A stretch of 64,000 bases of DNA from Nitrospinales bacterium. GTDB taxonomy: Bacteria > Nitrospinota > Nitrospinia > Nitrospinales > VA-1. A model generated the notes under the pieces. That model was not told the DNA's origin. It did no database searches and saw only the letters and a program-made list of their open reading frames with translations. Numbering within the stretch: the stretch's first letter is position 1; each line of letters opens with the position of its first letter. Location: the NCBI GenBank assembly GCA_965249625.1, contig OZ252246.1, positions 2,450,236-2,514,235 on the forward strand. The letters run 5' to 3'. Position numbers and translations under genes: made by a program. Shown here piece after piece: positions 18,280 through 27,345 of the stretch.

Positions 18280-19668
18280 ATGAGTACCCGGACCGAAACC
18301 GACAGCATGGGAGAGATCGATGTCCCGGCCAGCAGTTACTATGGAGCCCAAACCGCGCGATCATTGATCCATTTTGATATTGGTACCGAAACCATGCCAC
18401 GCGAAATCATCCGGGGAATGGGCATCCTGAAAAAGGCTTCGGCCATGGTCAATGCCGAGTTAGGGCTCATGCCTGAAAATGTCAAAGACCTGATCTGCCA
18501 GGCCGCCGATGAAGTGATAGATGGGGCACTGGATGAACATTTTCCTTTAAGAGTCTGGCAAACGGGTAGCGGAACGCAGTCCAACATGAACACCAACGAA
18601 GTCATCGCCAACCGGGCTATTGAAATAGCGGGCGGGACCCTCGGCTCCAAGGACCCGGTGCACCCCAACGATCATGTTAATATGGGCCAGTCTTCCAACG
18701 ACACCTTTCCCACCGTCATGCATATTGCGGCGGTGGAGCGCATTCGTGACACGCTCATCCCCTCTATATCGACCTTGGCCAAATCGTTTCACAAAAAAAC
18801 CGACGAGTTTCAAGACATCATAAAAATCGGCCGCACTCATCTGATGGATGCCACCCCGCTCACCCTGGGCCAGGAATTCAGCGGATACACGACTCAGTTG
18901 GAATACGCACTCGACCGCATTAACAATTGCATGCCCAGAATGTATCAAATCGCGCTGGGTGGAACCGCAGTAGGAACCGGCCTCAACTCGCACAAGGATT
19001 TCGCCGTGAAAGTTGCCAAACAAATTTCCGACCTCACCGGCTGCCCTTTTGTCACCGCGCCCAATAAATTTGAGTCCCTCGCGGCGCACGATGCCATTGT
19101 TGAGACCAGCGGCGCTTTAAAAACCATCGCCTGTTCACTCATGAAAATCGCCAACGATATTCGCTGGCTCGGGTCAGGCCCACGATGCGGAATCGGGGAA
19201 ATCGTTTTACCGGCCAATGAACCGGGAAGCTCGATCATGCCGGGCAAAGTCAACCCGACCCAGTCTGAAGCAATGACCATGGTCGCGGCACAGGTGATCG
19301 GTAATGACACCACCATCAATGTCGGGGGATCCTCCGGGAATTTCGAACTCAATGTTTTCAAACCGGTGATGATTTACAATCTTCTGCAGTCCATTCGCCT
19401 GCTTGCCGATTCCTGTCGGTCTTTCAACGACCATTGCGTGGTGGGCATTGAACCTAATAAAATACAGATCGAAAAACATCTTAATGGCTCGCTCATGCTG
19501 GTTACGGCTCTCAATCCGCATATCGGCTATGACAACGCGGCGAAGGTGGCCAAGAAGGCCTATCAGGATAACAGCACTTTGAAAGAAGCGGCGGCGGCTT
19601 TGAACCTGCTCACGCCAGAGGAGTTTGACGAAAAAGTGCGGCCTGAAAAAATGACCGGCCCAAAATAA
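18280..19668 (+). CDS. fumC: Class II fumarate hydratase
   Basis: [16 protein letters not shown] signature, 462 aa. Confidence 0.95.
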   Translation: MSTRTETDSMGEIDVPASSYYGAQTARSLIHFDIGTETMPREIIRGMGILKKASAMVNAELGLMPENVKDLICQAADEVIDGALDEHFPLRVWQTGSGTQSNMNTNEVIANRAIEIAGGTLGSKDPVHPNDHVNMGQSSNDTFPTVMHIAAVERIRDTLIPSISTLAKSFHKKTDEFQDIIKIGRTHLMDATPLTLGQEFSGYTTQLEYALDRINNCMPRMYQIALGGTAVGTGLNSHKDFAVKVAKQISDLTGCPFVTAPNKFESLAAHDAIVETSGALKTIACSLMKIANDIRWLGSGPRCGIGEIVLPANEPGSSIMPGKVNPTQSEAMTMVAAQVIGNDTTINVGGSSGNFELNVFKPVMIYNLLQSIRLLADSCRSFNDHCVVGIEPNKIQIEKHLNGSLMLVTALNPHIGYDNAAKVAKKAYQDNSTLKEAAAALNLLTPEEFDEKVRPEKMTGPK

Positions 19669-19705
19669 AGGATTGCTCGAAATTTATAAATTTTGAGGTT
19701 CTAAA

Positions 19706-20365
19706 ATGAAAAATGTTCTCAGTCCATCCCGAAGAAATTTTCTAAAAAGTTCCGTGGCACTGGGAAGCCTGCTCGGCACTGAATTCCTGAACCCGCTTTC
19801 CGCCTTTCCGGCTTGCATCCCAACCCCATGGGAAACTTCGGGCCCCTTTTATCCCAGGACATTTCCACTGGACGACGATAATGATCTTACTTTTTTGAAA
19901 AGCAAAGCAGAAAAAGCTCAGGGAGATGTTATTTTTATCGAAGGAGTGGTTCGGGATGAAAAATGCCAGCCTGTTCCCGGAGCATCGATAGAAATCTGGC
20001 AGGCATGTGCTACGGGAAAATATAATCACCCGGAAGATCGAAACTCCGCAGAACTCGACCCGCATTTCCAATATTGGGGGAAAGCCATTTCCAATGATAA
20101 AGGTGAATATGGCTTTAAAACTATAAAGCCTGGTTCTTATCCTGTCAGTTGGTTCTGGACGCGCCCACCGCATATTCACTTTGCGGTTCACTCCCGCAAT
20201 TTTCATCCTTTTACCACCCAAATGTACTTTTTGGGAGAACCGTTAAATAAAAAGGACCGCCTTCTGGGGAACCACCCAAAGGAAGAACAGGAGCGATACA
20301 TTGTTCCCTTTCAGGAAATCAACGACATTCGATTGGGAAAATTGGACCTGACCCTGAAAAAATGA
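19706..20365 (+). CDS. Intradiol ring-cleavage dioxygenase family protein (protocatechuate 3,4-dioxygenase beta-like) with a Tat signal
   Basis: SRRNFLKSS twin-arginine leader. IEIWQA...GKYNH and RPPHIHFAV motifs. Confidence 0.75.
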   Translation: MKNVLSPSRRNFLKSSVALGSLLGTEFLNPLSAFPACIPTPWETSGPFYPRTFPLDDDNDLTFLKSKAEKAQGDVIFIEGVVRDEKCQPVPGASIEIWQACATGKYNHPEDRNSAELDPHFQYWGKAISNDKGEYGFKTIKPGSYPVSWFWTRPPHIHFAVHSRNFHPFTTQMYFLGEPLNKKDRLLGNHPKEEQERYIVPFQEINDIRLGKLDLTLKK

Positions 20366-20393
20366 CCGTCCCCAAGGGATAAAGGAGGAAGAT

Positions 20394-20477
20394 ATGTTTC
20401 AAAACTGGGAAAATTTTATAGGAATTATTGTCGTGCTCGCCATCCTGCTTCCCATTATTCTAAAGAAAATGTATTAA
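20394..20477 (+). CDS. 27-aa single-TM small protein (not in the ORF track)
   Basis: AGGAGG lies 6 nt upstream of the ATG. Sequence is MFQNWENFIGIIVVLAILLPIILKKMY. Confidence 0.4.
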   Translation: MFQNWENFIGIIVVLAILLPIILKKMY

Positions 20478-20487
20478 AAGGGATTCC

Positions 20488-20856
20488 TCAAAGAGAGGAA
20501 GGCTGGCTGTTTAAATTGTTCAAAGAAACTACTCCGAGAAGCACCCCATTCGGGTTGGTCACCGCAATAAAATCCACATCATGTTCCGCTATGATTTCCG
20601 TCGCTCGGGCCTCGGATTCATTGCTCTTAATCATCAGCAGAGGCTCCATATATTCGCGGATTGTAGAGCCAGACATATCTTCCGACTTGTAATTTCCCAG
20701 TCATTGACTCGTCGCGATAATGCCTGCCATTTTATCTTCATGCTGGACAAAGGCATGATCGCAATCATTGAGAATCATATATTCGATGGCGTCAAAAATG
20801 GTGATTTTTGAATCCAGAGTCGGTGTGGACGAAGCAAACTCTCCTATTAAAGACAT
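20488..20856 (-). pseudogene. CBS-pair domain protein interrupted by one in-frame TGA (20701-20703)
   Basis: ATG at 20856 with AGGAGGAGG upstream. 51 codons encode the first CBS domain (DAIEYMILNDCDHAFVQHEDKMAGIIATSQ). After the TGA, the second CBS domain continues in the same frame (the 62-aa track ORF). Confidence 0.55.
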
Positions 20857-20873
20857 GGCCTCCTCCTAGCGGG

Positions 20874-21104
20874 GAGACCTTTGCATAACCCCGGATTACC
20901 CCTGCGGGGCACGAAGTTTAAGGAAAAATATCACGTCTTCGTCACCTTGTTCCTCAGAATGACAAATAGCCTTGTATTGTCATTCTGAATGCTTCGGCTT
21001 CGCTCAGCACAGGCTCCGTGAAGACGTGATGTTTAACTCAAGCCCTCGTGCCCCGAAGGGGTAATCTCGCTTTTCTGTTTTTTTTCGACTTACGCAAAGC
21101 TCTC
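20874..21104. mobile_element. MITE-like element, family A, full copy 1 (231 bp) with a 9-bp target-site duplication
   Basis: Terminal inverted repeats GAGACCTTTGCATAA / TTACGCAAAGCTCTC. Nested long inverted arms (GATTACCCCTnCGGGGCACGA...ATCACGTCTTC). Central palindrome CAGAATGACAA-n-TTGTCATTCTG. Flanked by CCTAGCGGG at 20865-20873 and 21105-21113. Confidence 0.75.
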
Positions 21105-21162
21105 CCTAGCGGGAGCAGGTGGATTGCCATACTTTAATCTCGCGCTCAATCGGCCTTTCGGC

Positions 21163-22179
21163 TTAATGGGCTGAGTAACGGAACATCTGGTTGACACATT
21201 GGAGGGCGCGATTCTGAGTTTCCGGGTCAAGGGTGATGGTGTTTTCGGGACCAGGGTTTTCGAGGACATTGAGTATATCTTCCAAAGAATTGGACTTCAT
21301 ATATTTGCAGAGTGTACAACTTCCGGCAAAGGTTTTTTGCGGGAACTCGGATTGCAGAACACCGGTCAACCCGCATTCGGTGAGCAAAAAGAACGAGTCC
21401 CGCTTCGATTCACGCACATGGTTGAGCATCTGGCTAGTACTTCCCACATAATCGGCCTTGCCCACCACTGAAGAACTGCATTCGGGGTGAACGAGAATTT
21501 CCACACCCTCAAAGTTTCTCCGCACTTGGTCTATGCTTTCCGGCTGATATTCTTCATGAACGTAGCAGGTGCCATCCCAGAGTTGGATATCCTTATTCAG
21601 GCCCTTGGATTTGAAATGGTTGATCATATTTTCACCCATGAGCCGGTCGGGCAGAAAATAAATCTTGTTATTGGAAATTTTTTCAATGATAGTGTAAACA
21701 TTCGAAGAGGTGACGCACACATCACACTGGGCTTTCACCTCGGCGGTCGTGTTGATGTAGCAGACGAATGTGTGATCGGAAAACTCTTTGCGGAGCCTTA
21801 TGACATCTTTCGCCGTTATGCCGTCGGCCAGGGAGCAACCACCATTGGGATTGGGATCGAGCACAGTTTTTTGAGGATTGAGAATCTTGGCGGTCTCAGC
21901 CATAAAGCGCACCGCCGCAAAAACGATGATATCGGCATTGGATTCCTTGGCTTTTTTCGACAGGCCATAAGAGTCGCCGGTGTGATCGGCGACACTATAA
22001 TAAATTTGCGGCGCGACATAATTATGCACGAGGATGATGGCATTCTTTTCGCGCTTGAGGTCTTCAATCTTTCTGATGGTGGGGAGCAACAGCTCGCAAT
22101 TTTCCTGAGTGAACCGGCAAATAGGATTGCCCGCCTGAATATCTTTAAGCTTTTCGTATAATTGTTCTGCGGTAACCAT
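21163..22179 (-). CDS. nadA: Quinolinate synthase
   Basis: 338 aa with typical NadA blocks (ILVHNYV, FMAETAKIL, CSLAD, VCYINT, HPEC). Confidence 0.9.
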   Translation of the reverse strand: MVTAEQLYEKLKDIQAGNPICRFTQENCELLLPTIRKIEDLKREKNAIILVHNYVAPQIYYSVADHTGDSYGLSKKAKESNADIIVFAAVRFMAETAKILNPQKTVLDPNPNGGCSLADGITAKDVIRLRKEFSDHTFVCYINTTAEVKAQCDVCVTSSNVYTIIEKISNNKIYFLPDRLMGENMINHFKSKGLNKDIQLWDGTCYVHEEYQPESIDQVRRNFEGVEILVHPECSSSVVGKADYVGSTSQMLNHVRESKRDSFFLLTECGLTGVLQSEFPQKTFAGSCTLCKYMKSNSLEDILNVLENPGPENTITLDPETQNRALQCVNQMFRYSAH

Positions 22180-22183
22180 TTTT

Positions 22184-22528
22184 CTAGCCCGGCGGCCAGT
22201 TCATGGCACGACCGCCTAAAAGATGATAATGAATATGATACACCGACTGCCCGGCCCCGGCACCACAATTGACCACCAGCCGAAACCCTGATTTATCGAG
22301 TCCCCTCTCCTTCGCCAGTTGGTTTGCCACACTGATCACCGAACCCATCAACGTATGATCCTTCTCCTCGACATCCAGCAAGGTAACCTTATGGATTCGG
22401 GGGATGATCAGGATATGCGTAGGAGCTTGCGGGTTGATATCATTAATCGCGAACAAGGTGTCCGACTCATAAACCTTATTTGAAGGGGTAGTCCCCTCGC
22501 TGATTTTGCAGAACAGGCAATCACTCAT
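22184..22528 (-). CDS. HIT-family (histidine triad) nucleotide hydrolase
   Basis: CLFCKI start and the HIHYHLLGG histidine triad. The ATG at 22528 overlaps the pafA-like stop by 8 nt. Confidence 0.85.
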   Translation of the reverse strand: MSDCLFCKISEGTTPSNKVYESDTLFAINDINPQAPTHILIIPRIHKVTLLDVEEKDHTLMGSVISVANQLAKERGLDKSGFRLVVNCGAGAGQSVYHIHYHLLGGRAMNWPPG

Positions 22529-24023
22529 AAGGTTTTTTTCCGCGTCGCTCCGGGTTTCCCATATTCTGTTTATTTTCCTGGTGGGGGAGAGAATCAAACT
22601 GCTCAAGATGTTCTATGATTTCTTCTCTATAGGAGATGAATGGATCGAGCATCAGAAACGGTTCGTCAGTTTTACTCAGGCGAAATCCGATCCAGTCTAT
22701 GAGATAACCCATGTGAGAATGCTGGTTCATGAGCCTTTTAACAAGCTCTCCCCGGCCATGTGCCCGGGTTCCTCTTGGAGGATTGACTTTTGAGAAGTCG
22801 ACCGCCTCATCGGTGGTCTTGCGGTAACCATCGCCACTGGCTTCCAACCCCCAGAACAAACCGGTTTCCTTATTCAGGTTATGGTATTCCAGATCCAGGC
22901 TTTTGAGCCAGGGGTCATGCCATTCCAGGTTTTCTTCGTTTCTAAACTCGTTGAGCATCCAATACTTGCTGGCCCAGTCCACTCGGCCGATCACCGCTTC
23001 CGGTCCTTTGGGTAAATCGGTCAAGACCGATTCCCAGCCCTCCAGAATCCAGTCGGTCTCCCGGTTTGTCCCAGCCAGATGTTCCTTACAGGTATTTAAA
23101 ATATCCCATTGCAGTTCCAAAGCGGTGGAAGATTTTCCCGAAGCCAGTTTCACCTCCCATTTAAAATCCGGATCGCGAGAAATAGAACGCATGGCAAAAA
23201 CCGAGTCCGCAAGAATCCATTCCCGTTTGGCGACCCCCAACTGCATGATTTCCAGCACGAGCGTTGTGGTTCCCATCTTCATGGCGGTGGCAAACTCACT
23301 CATCGTCGAGTCACCGACCAAAAGATGAATGCGCCGGTATTTGCTCGGGTCCGACAATGGTTCATCGCGGGTGTTGACAATCGCCCGGTTATATTGCACC
23401 CACCGATAAGATTCATTGGGAATGTGGTCAGCCCTTTGTGACAGCTGAAAGCTCACCTCATCCCCCTGGTTTTCATAAGGTGTGATGCCATCCCAATCCC
23501 GAGACGGGTGGGGATCGCAGGAACCGATGCGGCCCGCACCGCAATAAATCAGTCGAGTAGTTAAAAAGGAAGAAAGCAGTTTCAGGTTGTCGCGCTCATC
23601 GAAAGGGAATCCTCTACCGACCAGATAATTCTCGTGGCAGCCGAACGTCGCGCTGGTTTCAAGATCTACATTGTTCTTGATAAATGAAACATGATCGGCC
23701 CAGCCCAACTCCTCCACCGCTTCCTGGATCAGCGTGTCGCCGGCGCGGTCAAAAGTCACCAGGTCAACAAGATTGGAACACTCCGGAGAGGCGTATTCCA
23801 AATGCCCCATATCGAGATACAAGCGCCCACCGTTAAGCAGAAACCCGCCGTTACCGGGGGGCTCATCGTTAGCACGGTAGTGAAGGTCCAGCACACCATG
23901 ATTTTTTGAGAAAACATGGTTCTTGACCTTGTTGGCCGCTTCTATCGAATCGAGAGGGAACTCCGCATCATTTTTGATCAGTAGGCCGTATTCCGTTTCG
24001 ATGCCGTAGATGCGTTTTTTCAT
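22521..24023 (-). CDS. pafA: PafA-like Pup/UBact ligase (carboxylate-amine ligase family)
   Basis: IYGIETEYG start and NGGRLYLDMGHLEYASPEC, like PafA and without the long insertion seen in the other paralogue. Also FQLSQRADH and NTRDEPL...YRRIHLLVGDS. Confidence 0.75.
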   Translation of the reverse strand: MKKRIYGIETEYGLLIKNDAEFPLDSIEAANKVKNHVFSKNHGVLDLHYRANDEPPGNGGFLLNGGRLYLDMGHLEYASPECSNLVDLVTFDRAGDTLIQEAVEELGWADHVSFIKNNVDLETSATFGCHENYLVGRGFPFDERDNLKLLSSFLTTRLIYCGAGRIGSCDPHPSRDWDGITPYENQGDEVSFQLSQRADHIPNESYRWVQYNRAIVNTRDEPLSDPSKYRRIHLLVGDSTMSEFATAMKMGTTTLVLEIMQLGVAKREWILADSVFAMRSISRDPDFKWEVKLASGKSSTALELQWDILNTCKEHLAGTNRETDWILEGWESVLTDLPKGPEAVIGRVDWASKYWMLNEFRNEENLEWHDPWLKSLDLEYHNLNKETGLFWGLEASGDGYRKTTDEAVDFSKVNPPRGTRAHGRGELVKRLMNQHSHMGYLIDWIGFRLSKTDEPFLMLDPFISYREEIIEHLEQFDSLPHQENKQNMGNPERRGKKPYE

Positions 24024-24042
24024 TTCAGGGTGCCTTTAATAT

Positions 24043-24843
24043 TCAACCCCGTTTTAAAGAAGACTTGCACAGTTTCGCCAGATCCTTATCGTTCAAAAAC
24101 TGGTACCCCGCCTCGGTGACCAATGCCACGGTAGGAAAAATTTCATCTTCCGGACGGGCTTTGCCGGTTGCAGAATCAAACTGCGCCGCAGTCTGCAAAA
24201 GCCGGATGGCCAAGGTGACCGCATCGCTTTCCGACCTTTCTACCAGGGGCTTATCTCCCCAGAGGTCTTCATGTTCCAGAATTCCCCGAATGGTCGGCGA
24301 ACCAGAGCCGGTCGCGGTATGGGTGCTGATCCTGAAATCGGCTCCCAACATATCGTAAAAATGTATCGCCGCCTTTTTGGATTTCAAATCGTAAGTGGCA
24401 AATATTGGACTCACCGCTCCCAGCCCCTGCACCGCCATCCCGACATTCTCTTTCAGCAGTTTTGATAAGGCGCGGATTTTCCCTTCTACACTCATGGTCT
24501 GCATCTGTGACCGCCGGTAGTATTCAAAATTATGCGTGAGAACCCGTGCCATCTCGAAAGCCGTAGCAGGAACCCCGGCAATCGCCATGAGCGTATAATC
24601 GTCGATGGGAATGACCTTGTCGCAACGTTCATACATGATACTGTTGCCCGCCGTGGCCCGTCGGTCGCCGGCAACAATCACGCCATCCTTAAAGTGAAAG
24701 GCAAGAACCGTAGTGCCCTGGGTTACTGTAATCCCACTTGGCACCTGCGAAGAATCGACGCGGGTACGCCAGCGATAGCCGGATTTTTCCAGTAGCTCGA
24801 AAAAATCTCCGGGCGAAGTATGAGCATCGGCTTGAAAACTCAT
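24043..24843 (-). CDS. prcB: Proteasome beta subunit with propeptide
   Basis: TQG/TTVLAFHFKDGVIVAGDRRAT: an Ntn-hydrolase catalytic Thr after a propeptide of about 43 aa. ATGA overlap with the modifier gene stop. Confidence 0.85.
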   Translation of the reverse strand: MSFQADAHTSPGDFFELLEKSGYRWRTRVDSSQVPSGITVTQGTTVLAFHFKDGVIVAGDRRATAGNSIMYERCDKVIPIDDYTLMAIAGVPATAFEMARVLTHNFEYYRRSQMQTMSVEGKIRALSKLLKENVGMAVQGLGAVSPIFATYDLKSKKAAIHFYDMLGADFRISTHTATGSGSPTIRGILEHEDLWGDKPLVERSESDAVTLAIRLLQTAAQFDSATGKARPEDEIFPTVALVTEAGYQFLNDKDLAKLCKSSLKRG

Positions 24844-25016
24844 TGACCGGTTCTCTGTTTGTATTTTTCAGATTGTTTCGGGTCCACCTTTTTCATCCGC
24901 TTCAAAAGATTATCCTTTCCCGGCCGTGAAGGTTCCGGGCTGGAAGGGCCGGAATCATCGCGATCTGGACTGGTTTCTTTTTTTTCTTCCCTTCTCAGGG
25001 GATCATTCATTTCCAT
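24840..25016 (-). CDS. 58-aa Pup-like / UBact-like prokaryotic ubiquitin-like modifier (hand-found, below the ORF-track cutoff)
   Basis: AAGGAG lies 8 nt upstream of the ATG at 25016. Product is MEMNDPLRREEKKETSPDRDDSGPSSPEPSRPGKDNLLKRMKKVDPKQSEKYKQRTGQ: disordered, charged, with a C-terminal Gln. It sits between the proteasome subunit genes. Confidence 0.7.
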   Translation of the reverse strand: MEMNDPLRREEKKETSPDRDDSGPSSPEPSRPGKDNLLKRMKKVDPKQSEKYKQRTGQ

Positions 25017-25066
25017 GGGATCAACTCCTTTTGTTGCCAGGTCGTTTCTGCCTTATCACCCGAGCA

Positions 25067-25801
25067 TTAACCGACCGATGATTTTAACTTACCAATCTCT
25101 TCTTTCGTAAGCACTCTGTAAATGGCTCTTCGCTCCACCTTCCCAGATAAAACGGCAGCCTCAAGATACCATTGATCTAAAGCCTCTTTCAAAGTCTTGG
25201 GCATATTTTCATCGTCTTCTTCCTGCTTTCTACTTTCATCCCAAAGGCGGCAGGTTTCCTTTAAAGCTTTATTCAGAGGAAACGTCGCAAAGGGGGTATC
25301 CTGAATTTTTTTCTGCACCTCCTCCACGACTTTTTCATTACCGGCGATAACGGTTCCATTTTTAAATGTTTCCCAATGTCCATCATAGTTCACACGGAAA
25401 AAGTGGGGATAGCCATCACCGTCCAGTTCAGCAAGAAGAAGGCGAATGATATAAGGAGCCCGTTGGATTTCCTCAAAGTTCTGTTTGAGTGCGGGAGCGA
25501 TGCCAAACTGTAGCAACCTTGCCAATGTCACATCTTGAGCCGAACGATTGAATCCTTCCAGATGCGCCATATCCAAAAGCGTCATGCGCAACCGTTCCAC
25601 ATCAGCAGGGTGACCCACGCCGCCCAGAGCGATGCGGTCATAGACTTCGAATATTTTGCCCGGCTGGGGAGCAAACCCCATAATCAGCACCCCTTCATTG
25701 AAAGGAACCGATAATACCGGCTGACCCATTTTCAGCTTTTCCTGAACATAGCTGTGGCGGGTGGAAACCGCCTCCATCCAGCGATACGGCTCTTCAAACA
25801 T
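25067..25801 (-). CDS. prcA: Proteasome alpha subunit
   Basis: Bacterial PrcA pattern (KIFEVYDRIALGGVGHPADVERLR...DVTLARL...YIIRLLLAEL) with no catalytic Thr context. Confidence 0.85.
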   Translation of the reverse strand: MFEEPYRWMEAVSTRHSYVQEKLKMGQPVLSVPFNEGVLIMGFAPQPGKIFEVYDRIALGGVGHPADVERLRMTLLDMAHLEGFNRSAQDVTLARLLQFGIAPALKQNFEEIQRAPYIIRLLLAELDGDGYPHFFRVNYDGHWETFKNGTVIAGNEKVVEEVQKKIQDTPFATFPLNKALKETCRLWDESRKQEEDDENMPKTLKEALDQWYLEAAVLSGKVERRAIYRVLTKEEIGKLKSSVG

Positions 25802-25884
25802 TTTTAACTGTCCCCTCTAATCCCATAGCAAGTTTTCCCTTAAAGTGAGGATACTTAAAAACCCCTCACTCTTCCTCTGTTGTT

Positions 25885-27345
25885 CTAAACCAATTGTTCG
25901 CTGGAGTTGAGAATCTCTTCAACCTCTTCGGAGCCGATGACTCCAGTCAAATCGAGAATCTCTCCGTTCATAAACTCAACTCCGGTCCAATGAATACTTT
26001 TTATTTTCTCCGCTCCTTGAGCCACCGCCTGCCCTCTTATCTGGGCGCGGGTTCCTACCGGAGGCGACTCAACAGCCCGGGCGATTTCTTCTTCACTGAG
26101 CAGGGAATAAACATCCCCCTCCTGCTGCAATCCCAGATACAATCCGCGATCAGGGTCCAGATTATGGTATTCCAAATCCAGGCTCTTGAGCAAGGGGTCA
26201 TCCCAGCCAATGCCCTCGGACTGCATGAACCCGGTAAATAGTTTTTCCTTGATCGCCCAGTCAATGCGATCCGAAAGTTTTTCCGGGCTGTGCCGAAGTT
26301 CATCTAGTGTCTTTTCCCATTCCGCAAGAATCCAGTCCCACTCGCGATCCTTTCCGGCAAAGGCTTTTTCTACCGCCTCTAAATACGCTTCCTGAATCTC
26401 AAGAGCCGTGATAGTACCACCAGTCTTGCGACGTAAAACTGCAGTTTTGTCGAGAGACACTCTTAACACATCGGCCACTGGGTCCGCCAATTCCAAATGG
26501 AGAAGTTTCTCCCCACGGGCGATCAGATTGAGAACCAGCGATGTACTCCCCACCTTCAGGGCCGTGGCATAAGCGGACATATTGGCATCGCCGAGAATTA
26601 AATGCAAACGCCGATACCGACTGCTCACCGCATGCGGTTCGTCCCGGGTATTGATGAGGGGACGCTTCGTCATGGTCTCGATGCTTAAAACTGTCTCGAT
26701 AAAGTCGGGCCGCTGGGCCAACTGCAATCCTTGAAAATCACTAGTGTTTTCCGATCCCACTTTTCCCGCCCCGGCATACAACTGGCGCGTCACCAGAAAA
26801 GGAGCCAGTCCTTTTACCACATCTTCGAAGGGAGTTGCTCTGGGGATGAGATAGTTATCATGAGTTCCATAACTATGGCCGCTGTAATCGGTATTATTCT
26901 TGAACACCTGAAGCGGTTTGCCCTCCAGCTCGCGGTTGCGAATGGCCACGCATTCGGCGACAATCCGCTCGCCCGCCACATCATGCGCCACCAGAGATAA
27001 CACCGACCGGCATTCCGGGGTGCTGTATTCCGGATGAGTATGATCATTATAAAACCGGGCACCATTTGTCAAAACCCGGTCGCACTTCATATCTAAATAA
27101 GAATAAGGCCTTTTACGATCTTCGGCGCAAAAAGCATCTTCTTCTTCATCCTGAGCCAAAGACCCCACCCGAAACCCACGCATATCCAGATGCGAGTTCT
27201 CCCGCGAGTAGGCCCATTTGCCAAAAACACTTTTGCGCTCGCAGGCCTTTAGGAGTTTCATGGACTCTTCAACCGGGTCGGAATTTTCCATATCTTCCCG
27301 GACTATCCCATACTCGGTCTCCATACCCAGGAGAGAAACACTCAT
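25885..27345 (-). CDS. dop: Dop-like depupylase/deamidase
   Basis: GMETEYGI start. A long acidic insertion precedes LTNGARFYNDHTHPEYSTPEC (Dop-loop-like). Also VFKNNTDYSGHSYGTHDNYL, LQLAQRPDFIE and INTRDEPHA..SRYRRLHLILGDANM. ATGA overlap with mpa. Confidence 0.8.
   Translation of the reverse strand: MSVSLLGMETEYGIVREDMENSDPVEESMKLLKACERKSVFGKWAYSRENSHLDMRGFRVGSLAQDEEEDAFCAEDRKRPYSYLDMKCDRVLTNGARFYNDHTHPEYSTPECRSVLSLVAHDVAGERIVAECVAIRNRELEGKPLQVFKNNTDYSGHSYGTHDNYLIPRATPFEDVVKGLAPFLVTRQLYAGAGKVGSENTSDFQGLQLAQRPDFIETVLSIETMTKRPLINTRDEPHAVSSRYRRLHLILGDANMSAYATALKVGSTSLVLNLIARGEKLLHLELADPVADVLRVSLDKTAVLRRKTGGTITALEIQEAYLEAVEKAFAGKDREWDWILAEWEKTLDELRHSPEKLSDRIDWAIKEKLFTGFMQSEGIGWDDPLLKSLDLEYHNLDPDRGLYLGLQQEGDVYSLLSEEEIARAVESPPVGTRAQIRGQAVAQGAEKIKSIHWTGVEFMNGEILDLTGVIGSEEVEEILNSSEQLV

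Noticed and set aside
1824-20703. Genetic-code reassignment of TGA (Trp/Gly) as the explanation for the two in-frame TGAs
   Set aside because: TGA terminates many well-delimited genes here (pheA, tyrA, sppA, aroC, the MmeI-like gene, pafA-like). It also forms ATGA stop/start overlaps (pheA/tyrA, mpa/dop, modifier/prcB, MTase/HKD nuclease). It is therefore a functional stop codon in this genome.
21487-22161. 224-aa plus-strand ORF
   Set aside because: Antisense shadow of nadA, with no recognisable domain.
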